A stretch of DNA of 13,943 nt from NCBI GenBank assembly GCA_965648935.1, contig CBFGIY010000064.1, positions 1 through 13,943 of the forward strand, written 5' to 3'. This DNA comes from a candidate division WOR-3 bacterium (GTDB lineage: Bacteria; Hydrothermota; Tepidihabitantia; Tepidihabitantales; Tepidihabitantaceae). A model generated the notes under the pieces. That model was given only the letters and a program-made list of their open reading frames with translations, was not told the DNA's origin and did no database searches. The position numbers and the translations under genes are program-made. Shown in pieces: positions 12,637 to 13,943 of this stretch (position 1 is the stretch's first letter; each line of letters starts with the position of its first letter).

Positions 12637-13902
12637 ATGCGAAGCACTGTCCTGGTTCTGCTTGCCGCCTGCAGCCTGCTGTGGGCATCACCCGACCCGG
12701 CCGATGTCGCGCCGGAATGCCGGCCTGGCGCGCCCGCGCCACCCGCCCCGGCGCCCGGTTCTTTCTCCATCAACTGGTATGCCCGCGCGAGCTATCCGGG
12801 CCTGCCGATGTATCGAACGATGGCCGCGACCGACCCGGAGCGCGCCCGGCTCTACGTCATCGGCGGCTTCCCGTCGGGCAGTCCAATCGACGACTGCTGG
12901 AGCTACCACGTTGACGGCGACTCCTGGGCCCGCATCGCCAGCCTGCCCGAAACCAACTGCAACCAGTGGGCGGTGTGGTGGGAAGACGACGGCGGAGGAG
13001 ATGATTCCTCGGGCATCTTCGTGCTCGGCCGCTATGCCGGCAGCTACTACAAGACCTGCTACCACTGGACGCGCGCCACCAACACCTGGTCCTCGGCCGT
13101 GCCCGAGTACCCGGGCGCGGCTTTCTCGGGCAATATGGCAGCGGTCATCGGCGACTCGATATTCCTAATCCACCGCAATTCGGCCTCGACCACCGAGATG
13201 CACCGCTACAGCATCCGCGAAGGCACCTGGGCGCAGCGGGCCACGCCCGCGGTCAACACCAATTACTACGGGTCAATCTGCGTCCACGGCGGCCGGATCT
13301 GGCAGCTCGGCGGCTGGCCGTTTTCCCGTTCGTTTCAGGTGTACCGGCCCGGCGCAGACCAGTGGACGGTGCTGCCCGACGCGCCCGACTCGGTGGGCGG
13401 CAACGGGCCGATACTGGTCGGCCATGCCGGCCGCATCTGGGCCGCGGGCGGCGGGTACGGCTGGGTGAACTGCGATGACGCCGCCGCGTACGACACGGCC
13501 ACGAGCCAGTGGTCGGTCGAGACGCCGATGCCGGTCAAGACAGGCGCCACGCCCGGGGTCCTGCTGGACTCAGCCGGCACGGTCGGGATTCACTGGGCCA
13601 CGGGCAGTTCCGGCGGGCACTCCGTGCTGCACTACCGGGGCGTGCCGCTGGTCACCGCGGTGGCAGAACGGCCGGCACCAGCGGTGCCGGGGGTCGGGCG
13701 CCGCGCCACGGTCGTGCGCAACACGCTCCATGTTGCCGGGACAGGGAGCGGGAGCGAGTCGTGCGGTGTTCTGCTTGACGCCCTGGGGCGCAGACTGATG
13801 ACGCTGGTGCCGGGCGCAAACGACATAGCGCGGTTCGGCCCGGGCGTCTACTTCGTCGCCCGCGCCGGCGCCGCGCCGCAGGCCGTCACCTTCGTCCGTT
13901 AG
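12637..13902 (+). CDS. Secreted Kelch-repeat beta-propeller protein with variant CTD, 421 aa
   Basis: Strong SD, signal peptide MRSTVLVLLAACSLLWA and a Pro-rich linker. Kelch repeats include LYVIGGF...SY....DSW, IWQLGGW...YRPGADQW and IWAAGGG...YDTATSQW. CTD spans 13660-13902. Confidence 0.9.
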   Translation: MRSTVLVLLAACSLLWASPDPADVAPECRPGAPAPPAPAPGSFSINWYARASYPGLPMYRTMAATDPERARLYVIGGFPSGSPIDDCWSYHVDGDSWARIASLPETNCNQWAVWWEDDGGGDDSSGIFVLGRYAGSYYKTCYHWTRATNTWSSAVPEYPGAAFSGNMAAVIGDSIFLIHRNSASTTEMHRYSIREGTWAQRATPAVNTNYYGSICVHGGRIWQLGGWPFSRSFQVYRPGADQWTVLPDAPDSVGGNGPILVGHAGRIWAAGGGYGWVNCDDAAAYDTATSQWSVETPMPVKTGATPGVLLDSAGTVGIHWATGSSGGHSVLHYRGVPLVTAVAERPAPAVPGVGRRATVVRNTLHVAGTGSGSESCGVLLDALGRRLMTLVPGANDIARFGPGVYFVARAGAAPQAVTFVR

Positions 13903-13913
13903 AGAAAGCGCGC

Positions 13914-13943
13914 GGCGGGGCCCGGGGCCCCGGCCCCCCCGCC
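13914..13943. terminator. GC-rich hairpin downstream of the Kelch gene, cut by the window edge
   Basis: GGCGGGG (13914-13920) pairs with CCCCGCC (13937-13943) around the palindrome CCGGGGCCCCGG (13922-13933). Any U-tail lies outside the window. Confidence 0.45.

Noticed and set aside
12637..12672. Lipobox-like LAAC at Cys12 of the Kelch protein
   Set aside because: The h-region would be short, the hydrophobic stretch continues to an SPase I-like site (LLWA-S), and the protein has a CTD. A lipoprotein is not fully excluded.
12506..12742. N-terminal extension of ORF 11066..12742
   Set aside because: It runs through both divergent promoters and the opposite gene. The SD and signal peptide are at GTG 12505.
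4581..13902. Integron cassette array or diversity-generating retroelement as the cause of repeated gene ends
   Set aside because: No attC-like structures, integrase or reverse transcriptase are visible. Genes lie on both strands, and the CTD differences are not evidently adenine-specific.
1..13943. CRISPR array, tRNA/rRNA, transposase
   Set aside because: No regularly spaced repeats with unique spacers, no RNA-gene signatures, and intergenic gaps are all about 130 nt or shorter.

Overview
This is a very GC-rich bacterial window with nine protein-coding genes. I see no RNA genes, mobile elements or CRISPR array. Seven of the nine genes encode secreted proteins built as signal peptide + passenger domain + C-terminal sorting-like domain (CTD); the first is cut by the window edge, so its signal peptide is not visible. 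The passengers are a large repeat/Kelch-like protein, a beta-helix protein, a GH18 hydrolase with a CBM, an unknown beta-sandwich protein, a CRTAC1/ASPIC-UnbV FG-GAP protein, a BNR/sialidase-like propeller and a Kelch protein. Six carry a shortened variant of the T9SS type-A-like CTD ([LIV]AE...VVR.VL...DATGRRV..LRPG.ND.S.LAPGVYF). I recall this variant from candidate phylum WOR-3 proteins, but that taxonomy is inference. The other two genes encode a J-domain protein and a lipoprotein. Main observations: (1) the variable loops of the CTDs are encoded by degenerate 7-bp DNA tandem repeats, with 14/21-bp multiples and different heptamers in different loops; (2) the lipoprotein's C-terminal domain has all three motifs of a Cys-Gln thioester (TED) domain; (3) unrelated passengers share signal peptides or CTD subtypes, suggesting module shuffling; (4) there are clear sigma70-like promoters, including a symmetric divergent pair and one probably leaderless gene. 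Four ORF-track starts need correcting.
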